The notes: a model not told the origin generated them from the letters alone. DNA of 64,000 nt from an uncultured Nitrospiraceae bacterium (GCA_963706325.1 CAVPLT010000001.1:128001-192000); one strand, 5' to 3'; positions 42,593 through 53,607 are shown, numbered from the stretch's first letter. Numbers and translations: made by a program.

Positions 42593-44011
42593 TTACGTGC
42601 GCGACGCCTGCTCGATTCCCCATCGGAGTCTGAGCAAGGTACGCTCTCGTCCGAGCGCCTCCATCACTTCGAAGAGTCCAGGACTCGCCGTCCGACCGGT
42701 GAGGGCCACTCGTACTGGCTGGGCCAGTTGCCCCATTTTGATCCCCTCCTCTTCAACCAGCTTTTTGAAGGACTCTTCCCACACCTGCTTTGAGAACGTT
42801 GGGAATGCCTCAAATCTGGCCAGTAGTTTGGTCAGGATCGGCACAGAAGTGGCTGTCAGGAATTTCTTCGCCGCCTCTTCATCAAACACCACCTCTTCGC
42901 CGAAGTACGGAGTCACCCAGTGGACCATTTCCATCAGGGTTTTAGCTCGCTCCTTCACCAGCACCACCAGTTGGGCGAGCCATTCGGACGAGACGGCACG
43001 GACCTCGGTCGTGAGCCCGGCCTGTTCAAGCAAGGGCACAAGCGTCTGCGCGACCTGTTCCGGCGGACTGGTTTTGAGGTATTCGGCATTGAGCCACAAC
43101 AACTTGTCGGGGTTAAATATGGCCGCCGACGTCTGGACATTTTTCCATGAAAACTTCTGGATGAGTTCCTCTCGCGAGAACAGCTCTTGGTCTCCATGCG
43201 ACCAGCCCAACCGAACCAGATAGTTCACCATGGCATTGGGTAAGTACCCCATATCTCGATAGGCCATGATCGACGTGGCCCCATGGCGCTTCGACAAGCG
43301 TGCCTTATCGGGGCCAAGAATCATCGGCAAGTGCCCAAATTGCGGAAGCGGAAATCCTAGCGCCTGAAAAATTGGAATCTGCCGCGGAGTATTGGTCAGA
43401 TGGTCGTCACCTCGCACGACATGCGTGATACCCATTACGGCATCGTCCACTACCACGGAGAAATTATAAGTCGGATACCCGTTGGATCGAAGGATGACCA
43501 GGTCGTCCAGAATCTGGTTATCAAAGACCACGCGCCCCTTAATTAAATCATCGACGACCGTTTGCCCGGCCTGAGGAGCTTTGAAACGGAGGGCCGCCTC
43601 ACCGTTCGGTTTCTCTCGACCGAGATTCCGGCAGCGACCGTCGTATTTCGGCGACTGGCCCTTCGTCTCGGCTTCCTTCCGCCTCGCTTCAAGTTCCTCC
43701 GCCGTACAAATACACCAGTAGGCGTGTCCTTGCTCTAAGAGGCGCATCGCGTGGTTGCGATAAAGGTCCATCCGTTCAGTTTGCCGAAACGGACCTTCGT
43801 CCCAATCGAGATTGACCCAGCGCATGCCCTCAAGAATGGCTTGAATGGAGTCGTCGGTCGAGCGGCTTTGATCGGTGTCTTCGATGCGAAGAATGAAAAC
43901 TCCGTTCTGCTGTCGAGCAAACAACCAGTTGAACAAGGCGGTCCGCACCCCGCCGATATGGAGGAAACCGGTCGGACTGGGCGCAAATCGAACCCTGACC
44001 TGACTCATCAT
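42593..44011 (-). CDS. gltX: Glutamate--tRNA ligase
   Basis: RFAPSPTGFLHIGG, LRIEDTD, LSKR and anticodon domain PVRVALTG. Confidence 0.97.
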   Translation of the reverse strand: MMSQVRVRFAPSPTGFLHIGGVRTALFNWLFARQQNGVFILRIEDTDQSRSTDDSIQAILEGMRWVNLDWDEGPFRQTERMDLYRNHAMRLLEQGHAYWCICTAEELEARRKEAETKGQSPKYDGRCRNLGREKPNGEAALRFKAPQAGQTVVDDLIKGRVVFDNQILDDLVILRSNGYPTYNFSVVVDDAVMGITHVVRGDDHLTNTPRQIPIFQALGFPLPQFGHLPMILGPDKARLSKRHGATSIMAYRDMGYLPNAMVNYLVRLGWSHGDQELFSREELIQKFSWKNVQTSAAIFNPDKLLWLNAEYLKTSPPEQVAQTLVPLLEQAGLTTEVRAVSSEWLAQLVVLVKERAKTLMEMVHWVTPYFGEEVVFDEEAAKKFLTATSVPILTKLLARFEAFPTFSKQVWEESFKKLVEEEGIKMGQLAQPVRVALTGRTASPGLFEVMEALGRERTLLRLRWGIEQASRT

Positions 44012-44123
44012 GTCACCGTGGTTCTGGTGGAATTGTAAACGGGGCGCTATCTATACCATGACGTTAAAGTGAAGTACAGAAAGGGCAGTTCCAATCTGAA
44101 TCTGTTTTTGTTATGAACAGACG

Positions 44124-44822
44124 ATGGCTGAACCGACTCAAATCGCCCAAATAGTTTCGCTCAATGCTCTTACTCCGCACACGACAGAACTCGTACTCCG
44201 CCCACTCGATCACCCGATTTCTTTTAGGCCCGGGCAGTGGATTTCCCTTCAGTTGCCGGTGGGAGATCATCCGCCACTCAATCGTGCATACTCTCTCGCT
44301 GAGCCTCCGTCCCACATGGGCCATCTCACGCTTGTCTTCGACCATGTGCCAGGAGGGAAAGGCTCCGGCTATCTCTCTTCACTCAAACCAGGCACTCGCA
44401 TCCCACTGTCTGGCCCCTACGGACACTTCGTTCTTCCCGATCCAGACTCTAAGCATTTGCTGTTGATCGGGCACTACTCAGGCCTCGTCCCTCTTCGCTG
44501 CATGATCCGCTCGCTGGCAAACCTGGGCCCACTGCCTTCGACTACACTCATTGCTCAGGCTCCCAGCCCTACTGAACAGCTCTACCACGAGGAATTTCTG
44601 GCCTTGGCGGAAAACCAGCCTACCTTTCGCTATCTGCCGCTTGTGAACGAAGACCCCACAAACAACGTGGGAACAGTCGAGGCAATTAAACAGGTCACCT
44701 CGAATGGGCGAAATGTCGCCCCCATGATCGCCGGAATCAAGTCGTTTGCGCGCCCTCTGAGGACCTTTCTTATGGAACTGGGCTTCGATCGGCGGGAAGT
44801 TAAGCTGGAAACGTATGACTGA
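44124..44822 (+). CDS. FAD-binding ferredoxin-reductase-type oxidoreductase
   Basis: FRPGQW, RAYS, GKGSGYL and GPYG. Confidence 0.88.
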   Translation: MAEPTQIAQIVSLNALTPHTTELVLRPLDHPISFRPGQWISLQLPVGDHPPLNRAYSLAEPPSHMGHLTLVFDHVPGGKGSGYLSSLKPGTRIPLSGPYGHFVLPDPDSKHLLLIGHYSGLVPLRCMIRSLANLGPLPSTTLIAQAPSPTEQLYHEEFLALAENQPTFRYLPLVNEDPTNNVGTVEAIKQVTSNGRNVAPMIAGIKSFARPLRTFLMELGFDRREVKLETYD

Positions 44823-44994
44823 TACCAGGAAGCTGGTGAGCGAGGAAGGGAATGATTTGGTCATTACACAATAAATTGTCGCACATTCTGCTTGAAGCCC
44901 TCCCTCAATCACCAATGATCACAGTACAATCAAACTGCGGAAGGCCGCGCCTTTCTCATGCATGTCGAGGAAAACTCGCCGCGCGCTCGCTGCG

Positions 44995-45411
44995 TTAATG
45001 GCCTTCCTTTGCCAAATTCTTATTAACGGCAGGAATTTCAACAACGATCTCCATCGTTCCATTGGGCACACACTGGCATCCAAGTCGTGACTGCAAGGTG
45101 GTGACAGGAGCTTCGTCCAGCTGATCGAACTCATCATCCGTGCCCTCATTGCACGTTTCCAGGCCCTTCTTTACCATCACGTGACAAGTTGAGCAGGCAC
45201 ACACCCCACCGCAGACATGTTCCAATTCAATGCCATTACCCAGGGCAATGTCGAGAATGCTTCCCGGAAGGCCTGTGGGACCATAGGGAATCTTACCCGG
45301 TTGAACCTCAACTCTCTTTTCGGTCTTATCAGGGAAAATAAAGGTCACGGAATAGGATTTAGTCGGTAGCTCAACGTCAGCCTTTTCAATATATGGATTT
45401 GTTCCGCCCAT
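44995..45411 (-). CDS. fdx: [2Fe-2S] ferredoxin, ISC/adrenodoxin type
   Basis: CGGVCACSTCH and SRLGCQ. Confidence 0.92.
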   Translation of the reverse strand: MGGTNPYIEKADVELPTKSYSVTFIFPDKTEKRVEVQPGKIPYGPTGLPGSILDIALGNGIELEHVCGGVCACSTCHVMVKKGLETCNEGTDDEFDQLDEAPVTTLQSRLGCQCVPNGTMEIVVEIPAVNKNLAKEGH

Positions 45412-45528
45412 GTTAATCAGCCCCTTTTTTGCTCATGGATCATTTGGGTAAGAGATTACAAGTTAATCGCACACAAGTTGCTCTTATATCAAATGACCCA
45501 ATCCCTAGGTTTCCGACCCTACCTGCGC

Positions 45529-45602
45529 TTGACAGTATAAAAGATCACGTGATACCTTTTAATACGACTGAATAGATCGGAGATCATTTTAGTCTCCGAT
45601 CT
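45529..45602 (+). promoter_or_regulatory. isc operon promoter with probable IscR operator
   Basis: TTGACA 45529-34 and TG-n-TACCTT 45550-58; inverted repeat AGATCGGAGA-N9-TCTCCGATCT 45574-45602. Confidence 0.6.
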
Positions 45603-45622
45603 CAACGATCGGCAATAGGCGC

Positions 45623-46102
45623 ATGTTGAAATTATCGAAAAAAGCAGATTACGGGCTGATGGCACTCCAGCATATTGCCGCCAACCAATACGGCGATGTT
45701 GCACGAGCTCGCGTCGTGAATACGAAAGAGATTGCAGAGGAGTACCACATTCCAGTGGAATTGCTGGCCAAAGTTCTACAAACCTTAGCCAAGCGCGGAC
45801 TCATCGAGAGCCACAATGGACCCAAGGGCGGCTATCTGCTCGGAAGAAACCCTCGGGAGATCACGATTGCTCAGGTGCTCGAAAGCCTGGAAGGTCCCCT
45901 CGGCATCATGGATTGTTCACACGAAAAAGAGGGCGATGCCTGCATGCAACGCGAGCACTGTAACATCAGAACGCCGCTGTTGAAAGTCCAGAACAGCATC
46001 TATCAACTGCTGAACAATATGACCTTGCAAGATATGATGGGGGGAACCCCACTCATCACCATTCAATCCGTCGCCACGGAACAACAAGGAGTCGAGCGAT
46101 GA
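45623..46102 (+). CDS. iscR: Rrf2-family Fe-S regulator
   Basis: GPKGGY wing, three Cys, first gene of the isc operon. Confidence 0.88.
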   Translation: MLKLSKKADYGLMALQHIAANQYGDVARARVVNTKEIAEEYHIPVELLAKVLQTLAKRGLIESHNGPKGGYLLGRNPREITIAQVLESLEGPLGIMDCSHEKEGDACMQREHCNIRTPLLKVQNSIYQLLNNMTLQDMMGGTPLITIQSVATEQQGVER

Positions 46103-47316
46103 AGTTCCCCATTTATCTGGATAACCATTCGACTACCCCGATGGATCCTCGGGTGCTGGAATCCATGCTGCCCTATTTCACGGAAAAGTTTGGGAACTCC
46201 GCCAGCCGAAACCACGCATTCGGATGGGAAGCCGAAGAAGGTGTCGAAAACGCTCGGAAGCAGATTGCCAAGCTCATCCATGCGGACGCGAAAGAGATTG
46301 TCTTCACCAGCGGAGCGACAGAATCAGACAATCTCGCCTTGAAGGGCGTCACCGAGATGTACCACGAGAAGGGCGATCACATTATTACTTCGGCCACCGA
46401 ACATCGTGCGGTGCTGGATACAGCCAAAGCCCTGGAAGCGAAGCGCGGCGTCAAGGTCACCTACCTACCGGTTGATAAATTCGGTATGGTCACTCCGGAG
46501 GATGTCCGTAACGCCATCACTGACAAAACGATCCTGATCTCCATCATGTTTGCCAACAACGAAATCGGCACCATCAACCCGATCAAAGAGATCGGCAAGA
46601 TTGCGAAGGAAAAGGGTATTCTGTTTCATTGCGACGCGACTCAGGGCGTCGGAAAGGTCCCAATCGATGTCCAGGACATGGGTATCGACCTCATGTCTTT
46701 CAGCGCCCACAAGATTTACGGCCCCAAGGGCATCGGGGCTCTGTATGTCAGAAAAAAGAATCCCCGGGTTCGCATCGCGGCTCAAATGGACGGGGGCGGC
46801 CATGAGCGGGGCATGCGCTCCGGCACTCTCCCCGTCCCATTGATCGTGGGCTTCGGCAAGGCTTGCGAACTGTGCGAACAGGAAATGGCCGCCGACGGAG
46901 CGCGGCTCTCGGTCATGCGCGATCGTTTACATGCCAGCATCACGAAAGCGCTCGAAGAGGTATATTTGAACGGCCATCCGACACAGCGCCTCCCCCACAA
47001 CCTCAACGTCTCATTTGCATATGTCGAAGGCGAATCGCTTTTGATGGGCTGTAAAGAAATCGCCCTGTCTTCGGGGTCAGCCTGCACCTCGGCAACCCTT
47101 GAGCCGTCATACGTACTTCGGGCACTGGGCGTGGGGGCAGAACTCGCGCATTCTTCCATTCGATTCGGCCTGGGGCGCTTCACCCTCGACGAAGAGGTTG
47201 ACTATGCTGCAAAGAGAATTATCGAAGTGGTGACCAAACTCCGTGAAATGTCACCACTGTATGAAATGGCAAAAGAAGGCATCGACTTGAAGTCCGTGTC
47301 ATGGGCAGCACATTAA
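46099..47316 (+). CDS. iscS: Cysteine desulfurase
   Basis: [17 protein letters not shown] and SSGSACTS. Confidence 0.97.
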   Translation: MKFPIYLDNHSTTPMDPRVLESMLPYFTEKFGNSASRNHAFGWEAEEGVENARKQIAKLIHADAKEIVFTSGATESDNLALKGVTEMYHEKGDHIITSATEHRAVLDTAKALEAKRGVKVTYLPVDKFGMVTPEDVRNAITDKTILISIMFANNEIGTINPIKEIGKIAKEKGILFHCDATQGVGKVPIDVQDMGIDLMSFSAHKIYGPKGIGALYVRKKNPRVRIAAQMDGGGHERGMRSGTLPVPLIVGFGKACELCEQEMAADGARLSVMRDRLHASITKALEEVYLNGHPTQRLPHNLNVSFAYVEGESLLMGCKEIALSSGSACTSATLEPSYVLRALGVGAELAHSSIRFGLGRFTLDEEVDYAAKRIIEVVTKLREMSPLYEMAKEGIDLKSVSWAAH

Positions 47317-47358
47317 CCTGAAACATCACTACTGTGAGCGATACATTCGGAGGACACC

Positions 47359-47742
47359 ATGGCCTATAGCGAAAAAGTCGTCGACCACTTCAACAACCCC
47401 CGTAACGTGGGAAGTTTCAAAAAAGAAGAAGACGGAGTCGGCACCGGCATCGTCGGAGCCCCGGAATGCGGCGATGTCATGAAACTGCAGATCAAGGTTC
47501 AGAACGATACGATCGTCGACGCCAAGTTCAAGACCTTCGGGTGCGGATCGGCCATTGCCAGCTCGAGCCTCGCCACCGAATGGCTAAAGGGAAAAACCGT
47601 AGACGAGGCCGGGAAGATCAAGAACACCGACATCGTGCAGGAACTGAATCTGCCGCCGGTTAAGATCCATTGCTCAGTGCTGGCTGAAGATGCGATTAAA
47701 GCGGCCCTCGCCGACTATCAAAAGAAAGCCGATTCCAAGTAA
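47359..47742 (+). CDS. iscU: Fe-S scaffold
   Basis: APECGD, GCGSAIAS and LPPVKIHC. Confidence 0.97.
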   Translation: MAYSEKVVDHFNNPRNVGSFKKEEDGVGTGIVGAPECGDVMKLQIKVQNDTIVDAKFKTFGCGSAIASSSLATEWLKGKTVDEAGKIKNTDIVQELNLPPVKIHCSVLAEDAIKAALADYQKKADSK

Positions 47743-47768
47743 CAAGAGGCAAGAGGAAGGAGCGCACT

Positions 47769-48128
47769 ATGGACGCCACGACGAGTACAGAGACTCAAGC
47801 GCCGGTCATCACACTGAGCGACGCAGCCTTAAAAGAAGTGAAGCGGCTCATCAATGTCCAAGGCATCGAGGAAGGCGGTCTCCGCCTTGGTGTCAAGGGA
47901 GGCGGCTGCTCCGGATTGAGCTATACAATCAACTTCGATGAAAAGATCGGTCAATACGATCAGGTGTACGAATTCGATGGTGTGAAGGTCATCGTAGATG
48001 CCAAGAGCGCCATCTACCTCCAGGGTACGCAGCTCGATTTTCAGAAAGACCTGATGGGTGGCCAATTCAAATTCGTCAATCCCAATGCCAACAAAACCTG
48101 CGGCTGCGGAGAATCTTTTTCGGCCTAA
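47769..48128 (+). CDS. iscA: A-type Fe-S carrier
   Basis: GGGCSG and CGCGESF. Confidence 0.95.
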   Translation: MDATTSTETQAPVITLSDAALKEVKRLINVQGIEEGGLRLGVKGGGCSGLSYTINFDEKIGQYDQVYEFDGVKVIVDAKSAIYLQGTQLDFQKDLMGGQFKFVNPNANKTCGCGESFSA

Positions 48129-48142
48129 TACGAGTATCGCCC

Positions 48143-48859
48143 ATGGATGGACATACCCCTACAACCGGTCCACGACGCGAGCTGCAGATGGCCCGCAGTA
48201 TGTGCTGGCACTGCCAATCTGAAGTGTCGGGAGAATATTTCTGCGACCGTTGCGTGAAAGTCCAGCCGGTTTCGAAAGACCTGGACTATTTTACTTGTTT
48301 TGGGCTTCTCAGACGGCTCGCCATCGATTCACAGACACTGGAAACCAAGTTCTACGAATTGAGCCGGGCATTCCATCCTGACTTTTATCAGAACAAAAGT
48401 GACGCGGAGCAGACGATCAGCCTCGGCAACTCGGCCATGCTGAACACCGCCTATCGCACCTTGCGAGACCCGATTCAACGAGCTGAATATTTACTGGACC
48501 TCGAGGCCGGCTCGGTGAAAGATATTCGAACGACTCCGCCCGCCGACCTTTTCGAAGAGATCCTCGAGCTGCAGGACACACTCGATGAATTCCGCGCGAG
48601 CGATCGTACCTCAGAAAGCGCGTCTACACTCCGCGCGAAACTCAATTTCGATCGGACCACGCTCGAGCAGCGGCAGCAAGATATGGAAACTCAACTCCAA
48701 CAGCTTTTCAGCCGCTGGGATGCGCTGCAAGATCGCGGCGAGGCCACAGAACAAGCGCGAACGGAACGAGACCGCATTCTCAAAGATATGCGGAATGTCC
48801 TCTCCAACCGCACCTATGTAAGCAACATCATCGACGATCTCATCGCAACGATCTCCTAA
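48143..48859 (+). CDS. hscB: Fe-S co-chaperone with N-terminal tetracysteine domain
   Basis: CWHC..CDRC, J-domain HPD, N.AY.TL.DP..RAEYLL. Confidence 0.95.
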   Translation: MDGHTPTTGPRRELQMARSMCWHCQSEVSGEYFCDRCVKVQPVSKDLDYFTCFGLLRRLAIDSQTLETKFYELSRAFHPDFYQNKSDAEQTISLGNSAMLNTAYRTLRDPIQRAEYLLDLEAGSVKDIRTTPPADLFEEILELQDTLDEFRASDRTSESASTLRAKLNFDRTTLEQRQQDMETQLQQLFSRWDALQDRGEATEQARTERDRILKDMRNVLSNRTYVSNIIDDLIATIS

Positions 48860-48864
48860 CCACT

Positions 48865-50685
48865 ATGGCACGCATTGTCGGTATTGATCTTGGTACCACC
48901 AATTCTCTTGTCGCATACATGGACAAGGGAACGCCGCGCATCATCTCAGCACGCCATGAACGCGGGATGGTTCCCTCCGTCGTCTCCCTGACCGACAATG
49001 GCCTCATTGTCGGAGATCCGGCGAAGGAACATCTCACGAGAAATCCTGAACGCACAGTGTATTCCGTCAAACGTTTCATGGGCAAGAGTCTGTCCGACGT
49101 CCAAGACGAACTGGCCTATTTCCCCTACGCCCTCAGCGAAAAAGGCGGGGTCATTCGGATCAAGCTGGGGGAGAAGTCCTACTCGCCTCCGCAGATATCC
49201 GCCATGATCCTGAAAGAACTCAAGCTCCGGGCCGAAGCCTTCCTTGGAGAAAGCATCACCAAAGCCGTCATTACTGTGCCTGCCTACTTCAACGATAGTC
49301 AGCGGCAAGCGACCAAGGATGCGGGCATGATCGCCGGACTTGAAGTGTTGCGCATTATCAACGAACCGACCGCAGCCTCGCTGGCCTACGGGTTACAAAA
49401 AAAGACGCAGGGCACCATCGCTGTCTACGACCTGGGCGGCGGAACGTTCGACATCTCGATTCTGAAATTGAAAAGCGGCATCTTTGAGGTGCTCGCTACG
49501 CATGGCGACACACATCTTGGCGGCGACGACTTCGACCAGATACTTGCCGATCTAATGCTCGGTGAAATCCGCTCGCAATTCGGGATCGATCTCGGCAACC
49601 ATCCTGATCATATGCAGGGGCTTCGCCTAGAAGCCGAGCGCGCAAAAATTCGTCTTTCGAAGGAAGCCAGCACAGCCGTAGGCCTCGACCTTCCGGACGG
49701 CAAGAGCCGGTTCTCGCGCGAATTCACACGCAGTCAGCTTGAGAACCTTTGCGCCGCGTTGGTTGAACGTACACTCGGGCCCTGCCGCCTTGCCCTGAAA
49801 GATTCGGGACTAACCTCAAATGACATCGACGAAGTAGTGCTCGTCGGCGGTTCGACCCGCATGCCGCTGGTCCGCCAACAAGTGGAGTTTTTCTTCGGCA
49901 AACAACCGCACTGCGACTTAAATCCGGACGAAGTGGTCGCCCTCGGTGCCGCGGTGCAGGCCGACATTTTGAGCGGCGGCACGACCGATATGTTACTGCT
50001 TGACGTGACCCCGCTTTCATTAGGCATTGAGACCATGGGCGGGGTCATGAGCAGCTTGATTCGACGGAACACCACCATCCCCGCAAGCGCCAAGGAAATG
50101 TTCACCACCTATGTGGATGGCCAAACCGGAGTGGACATACATATCCTTCAGGGAGAGCGCGAACTGGCAACCGACAACCGCAGCCTGGCCCGTTTTCGAC
50201 TTAAGGTTCCGCCTTTGCCGGCAGGCGTTCCTCGCATAGAAGTGACCTTCCTGATCGATGCCAACGGCATCTTGAATGTCATGGCCAAAGACATGCGTAC
50301 CGGAGAGACCCAATCGATCGAGGTCAAACCGTCTTATGGATTGTCGGATCAAGAGGTCGAACGGATGATCGAAGATTCATTTAAGTTCGCCTCGGACGAT
50401 GTCAGCGCTCGAAAATTGATTGAAGCCCGACTCGATGCAGGGGCCCTGGTCACCACGTCCGAAAAATCATTAGCCGATGGCGGGCATCTCGTCGTCGAGG
50501 AGGAGATTGATGCCATTCGCCGCGCCCTCTCGGCATTGACCGCCTCCAAAGACGGGAACGATCCCCGAGCCATCCGCGCGTGCATGGCCGACCTCGAGCA
50601 GACAGCTAAAAGCCTCACCGCGGCCATGCTGAACGATTCGCTCAAGCGAGGACTCCAAGGCAAAAAGCTTTCTGATGTGACGTAA
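48865..50685 (+). CDS. hscA: Fe-S chaperone (Hsp70 family)
   Basis: GIDLGTTNS, DLGGGTFD and VKPSYGL; isc context. Confidence 0.93.
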   Translation: MARIVGIDLGTTNSLVAYMDKGTPRIISARHERGMVPSVVSLTDNGLIVGDPAKEHLTRNPERTVYSVKRFMGKSLSDVQDELAYFPYALSEKGGVIRIKLGEKSYSPPQISAMILKELKLRAEAFLGESITKAVITVPAYFNDSQRQATKDAGMIAGLEVLRIINEPTAASLAYGLQKKTQGTIAVYDLGGGTFDISILKLKSGIFEVLATHGDTHLGGDDFDQILADLMLGEIRSQFGIDLGNHPDHMQGLRLEAERAKIRLSKEASTAVGLDLPDGKSRFSREFTRSQLENLCAALVERTLGPCRLALKDSGLTSNDIDEVVLVGGSTRMPLVRQQVEFFFGKQPHCDLNPDEVVALGAAVQADILSGGTTDMLLLDVTPLSLGIETMGGVMSSLIRRNTTIPASAKEMFTTYVDGQTGVDIHILQGERELATDNRSLARFRLKVPPLPAGVPRIEVTFLIDANGILNVMAKDMRTGETQSIEVKPSYGLSDQEVERMIEDSFKFASDDVSARKLIEARLDAGALVTTSEKSLADGGHLVVEEEIDAIRRALSALTASKDGNDPRAIRACMADLEQTAKSLTAAMLNDSLKRGLQGKKLSDVT

Positions 50686-50705
50686 TTTGGAAACGAGGCA
50701 ATGCA

Positions 50706-50918
50706 ATGGATTTGAAATGGAGCGACACAGAAGAGTTAGCGATTCGTTTGGTTGAGGCCCACCCGACTACCGACCCCCTGACCGTACGTTTCACCGACAT
50801 GCACACCTGGATTGTCGCCCTTCCAGAATTTAAGGACGATCCTAAGACATCGAACGAGAAAACCCTCGAATCCATCCAGATGGCCTGGCACGAAGAGTAT
50901 CAAGACTCGCAGTCTTGA
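50706..50918 (+). CDS. iscX: Fe-S assembly protein IscX
   Basis: LKW.D..E.AI.L...HP..DP..VRFTD and LE.IQ.AW. Confidence 0.95.
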   Translation: MDLKWSDTEELAIRLVEAHPTTDPLTVRFTDMHTWIVALPEFKDDPKTSNEKTLESIQMAWHEEYQDSQS

Positions 50919-51032
50919 TTGATAGGTGATTGCCACTCCCCCTGACAAAACTTAACAGAGTGTTGGGGCGTGAGGGTGTTTCGTCTTGTACTTGCAGGGA
51001 GCCCATATGACGCCCCCGCAAGCACGCGGCGG

Positions 51033-53441
51033 CTAGGGCTCGACTGGTGCAGGTGAGGGGCTTGACAGGGAACCTTCCAGAGCTTGGTCGAGCTTGTAAA
51101 AGTCGGTGGCATCAATCTTCGATCCTGCACTCCTGGTCGGTTCCGTCCCCTTCGTAAACAGTTCCACCGTTCCACGCTGCTCGTCTTGGTCGGTTAAGAG
51201 GGCGGTGGTGGGATCGATTTTCACGAACATGACACCCTCCGGAATTTCAAAGGGCGCCACTGGTAGCTGCTTCAACGCTTCTTTCATAAATGCCATCCAC
51301 ACCGGAAGCGCCGCATGCGCTCCCGATTCGGTTTCACCCAACGGACGCCGGTCGTCGAAGCCTACCCAGGTTCCTGCCGCTAAATTTGGCGTGGAACCAA
51401 TAAACCAGGCATCCGTAAAGTCATTAGTGGTCCCTGTCTTCCCTGCCACGGGACGATCGATGACGGCCTTTGCCGCCACACCTGTGCCACGTTGGATGAC
51501 ATCTTCCATCATGTTTGTAATCAAATAGGCCGTCTCACGCGAAACCACTTGTCGAGGCTGCACGGCCGTTTGCTCCAGCGTGCGGCCCCCGCTGTCCTGC
51601 ACGCTTGCCACCGCATAAGGCTCGACGCGCATGCCCTGATTCGCAAATACCCCATACACCGATACCAACTCCATCAATCCCACGCTCGACGAGCCCAACG
51701 CCAGCGAGAGATCGGCAGCCAGTGGGCTCACGATCCCGACGGTCCTCGAAAAATCGATTACATTCCGAATGCCCACCTTATCCAGCAGCCGAACGGTGGC
51801 AAGATTGTGCGAGTGGATCAAGGCTTCCCGTAAACTCACGATGCCGTGAAACCGCTTGCCGTAGTTCTCGGGTTTCCAAGTTTTATCTTCTTCCTCTTGC
51901 TCATATACAACCGGAGCGTCCAAGACGACCGTAGCGGGGCTCATGCCTTGATTCATCGCTGTCGCATAGATGATTGGCTTGAACGCAGATCCCGGCTGAC
52001 GACGGGCGAGCACAGCTCGATTATATTCACTGCGCGTGAAGTCATATCCGCCGACCATGGCGCGAACCGCACCGGTCTTCGGATCAAGCGCCAGCAGGGC
52101 GCCTTCCGCGATCGGTGTTTGCTCCAATCGCAGATGCACGTTCTCCTTCTCCAGCTTTTTGACTCCGACCTCGATGACGTCGCCGAGCGTCAGCAGCTGC
52201 TTCAGATTCTTGACCACAACGACATCCCTGGTAGGGTCCTTGCCTTTCAGGTACTTGGATGCCCAAGCCATATCGTCAAATGCGAGCCGTCCCGTGCTGC
52301 CTCCAATTTGAACGAGCACGTGATCCTTCGCAATTTTCGTCACGACGCCTTCCATCGTATCCCCCTCTGAAAGTTTCACCGAGAGATCGGGTGCCGGCAC
52401 TTCCATGGTGGCAAGATCGACGGTGCGAATCGGGCCTCGCCAGCCCTGACGCTTGTCCACCTCTCGTAATCCATTGAATACCGCTGCTTCAGCCGCCTTC
52501 TGCATATCGGCATTCAGCGTCGTAAATACTTCCAATCCACCCTTGTAGACCATCGCTTCGCCGAATTTTGCGACCAGCAATTGCCGGATATACTCCACAA
52601 AATACGGCCCCAAGTGTTCGCTGCCCGGACGCCGAAAGTTCAATTTTTCAGCCACCGCCTGCTCGCGGTCCGCTCGACTGATAAATCCTGCCTCCTCCAT
52701 CCGCCCCAACACGTGCTCTTGCCGTCTCTTCGCCCGATCATAGGCCTTAAAGGGAGAATAGTGACTCGGCGACTTAGGGAGACCGGCGAGAAACGCCACT
52801 TCTGCCAACGATAATTTCGGGAGCTCCTTGCCGAAATAAGTTTGTCCCGCCGCCGCCACGCCGTAGGCGCCTTGGCCAAAGTAGATCTGATTCAAATACA
52901 TCTCCAAAATCTGGTCTTTCGTCAGCACCAACTCCATCTTGTAGGCCAAAATCAGTTCACGAAGCTTGCGGTCAAAGGTCCGTTCCGAGGAAAGAAACAG
53001 CGAACGTGCCAGTTGCTGGGTGATGGTGCTCGCCCCTTCGACTCTCCGTCCGCCATGGCGAATATTGGTCCAGGCCGCCCGAATGATCCCCACGATATCC
53101 AAGCCCGGATGTTCGAAAAACCTCGCATCCTCCGTTGCAATCACGGCGTGCGTGAGACTTTTGGGAATTTCCTGGATAGGCTTGAGAAAGCGCCGCTCGA
53201 TGAAGAATTGTCCGATCACTTGCCGGTCATCGGAATAGACTCGTGTGACCAGGCTCGGCTGATAGTTCTGCAGAGGCTCCAATGACGGCAGGTCCTGAGA
53301 AAAATACCAGAGGATGCCGGCCGCTCCACCACCCCCTAGCACCAGGATGAGCAGCAGTCCGATCAAGATGATCCGCCCCCACCGCCAGCGACGACGAGGC
53401 TTCTCCGGCTTATCGAGTAAGTGATCGAATTCAGATGGCAT
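51033..53441 (-). CDS. mrcA: Penicillin-binding protein 1A
   Basis: EDARFFEH and GASTITQQL transglycosylase; GSAFK, SHN and KTG transpeptidase motifs. Confidence 0.95.
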   Translation of the reverse strand: MPSEFDHLLDKPEKPRRRWRWGRIILIGLLLILVLGGGGAAGILWYFSQDLPSLEPLQNYQPSLVTRVYSDDRQVIGQFFIERRFLKPIQEIPKSLTHAVIATEDARFFEHPGLDIVGIIRAAWTNIRHGGRRVEGASTITQQLARSLFLSSERTFDRKLRELILAYKMELVLTKDQILEMYLNQIYFGQGAYGVAAAGQTYFGKELPKLSLAEVAFLAGLPKSPSHYSPFKAYDRAKRRQEHVLGRMEEAGFISRADREQAVAEKLNFRRPGSEHLGPYFVEYIRQLLVAKFGEAMVYKGGLEVFTTLNADMQKAAEAAVFNGLREVDKRQGWRGPIRTVDLATMEVPAPDLSVKLSEGDTMEGVVTKIAKDHVLVQIGGSTGRLAFDDMAWASKYLKGKDPTRDVVVVKNLKQLLTLGDVIEVGVKKLEKENVHLRLEQTPIAEGALLALDPKTGAVRAMVGGYDFTRSEYNRAVLARRQPGSAFKPIIYATAMNQGMSPATVVLDAPVVYEQEEEDKTWKPENYGKRFHGIVSLREALIHSHNLATVRLLDKVGIRNVIDFSRTVGIVSPLAADLSLALGSSSVGLMELVSVYGVFANQGMRVEPYAVASVQDSGGRTLEQTAVQPRQVVSRETAYLITNMMEDVIQRGTGVAAKAVIDRPVAGKTGTTNDFTDAWFIGSTPNLAAGTWVGFDDRRPLGETESGAHAALPVWMAFMKEALKQLPVAPFEIPEGVMFVKIDPTTALLTDQDEQRGTVELFTKGTEPTRSAGSKIDATDFYKLDQALEGSLSSPSPAPVEP

Positions 53442-53607
53442 GGAGTGGGTGATTGCGAGGAAAGAGGTCAACCCGCTACACAGACACCATACAATGTGCC
53501 TCCGACAAACTCAAGCAAGCTTCGAAATCATCAACTCGCGAGGCATTTGGAAATAATTTCGCTCCGGCTTGTGGAACGATACTCGAGTCATGTATACTCC
53601 AGCGGTT

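Noticed and set aside
42381..42623. 80-aa ORF upstream of the exported-protein gene
   Set aside because: It overlaps both tRNA-Gln genes; spurious
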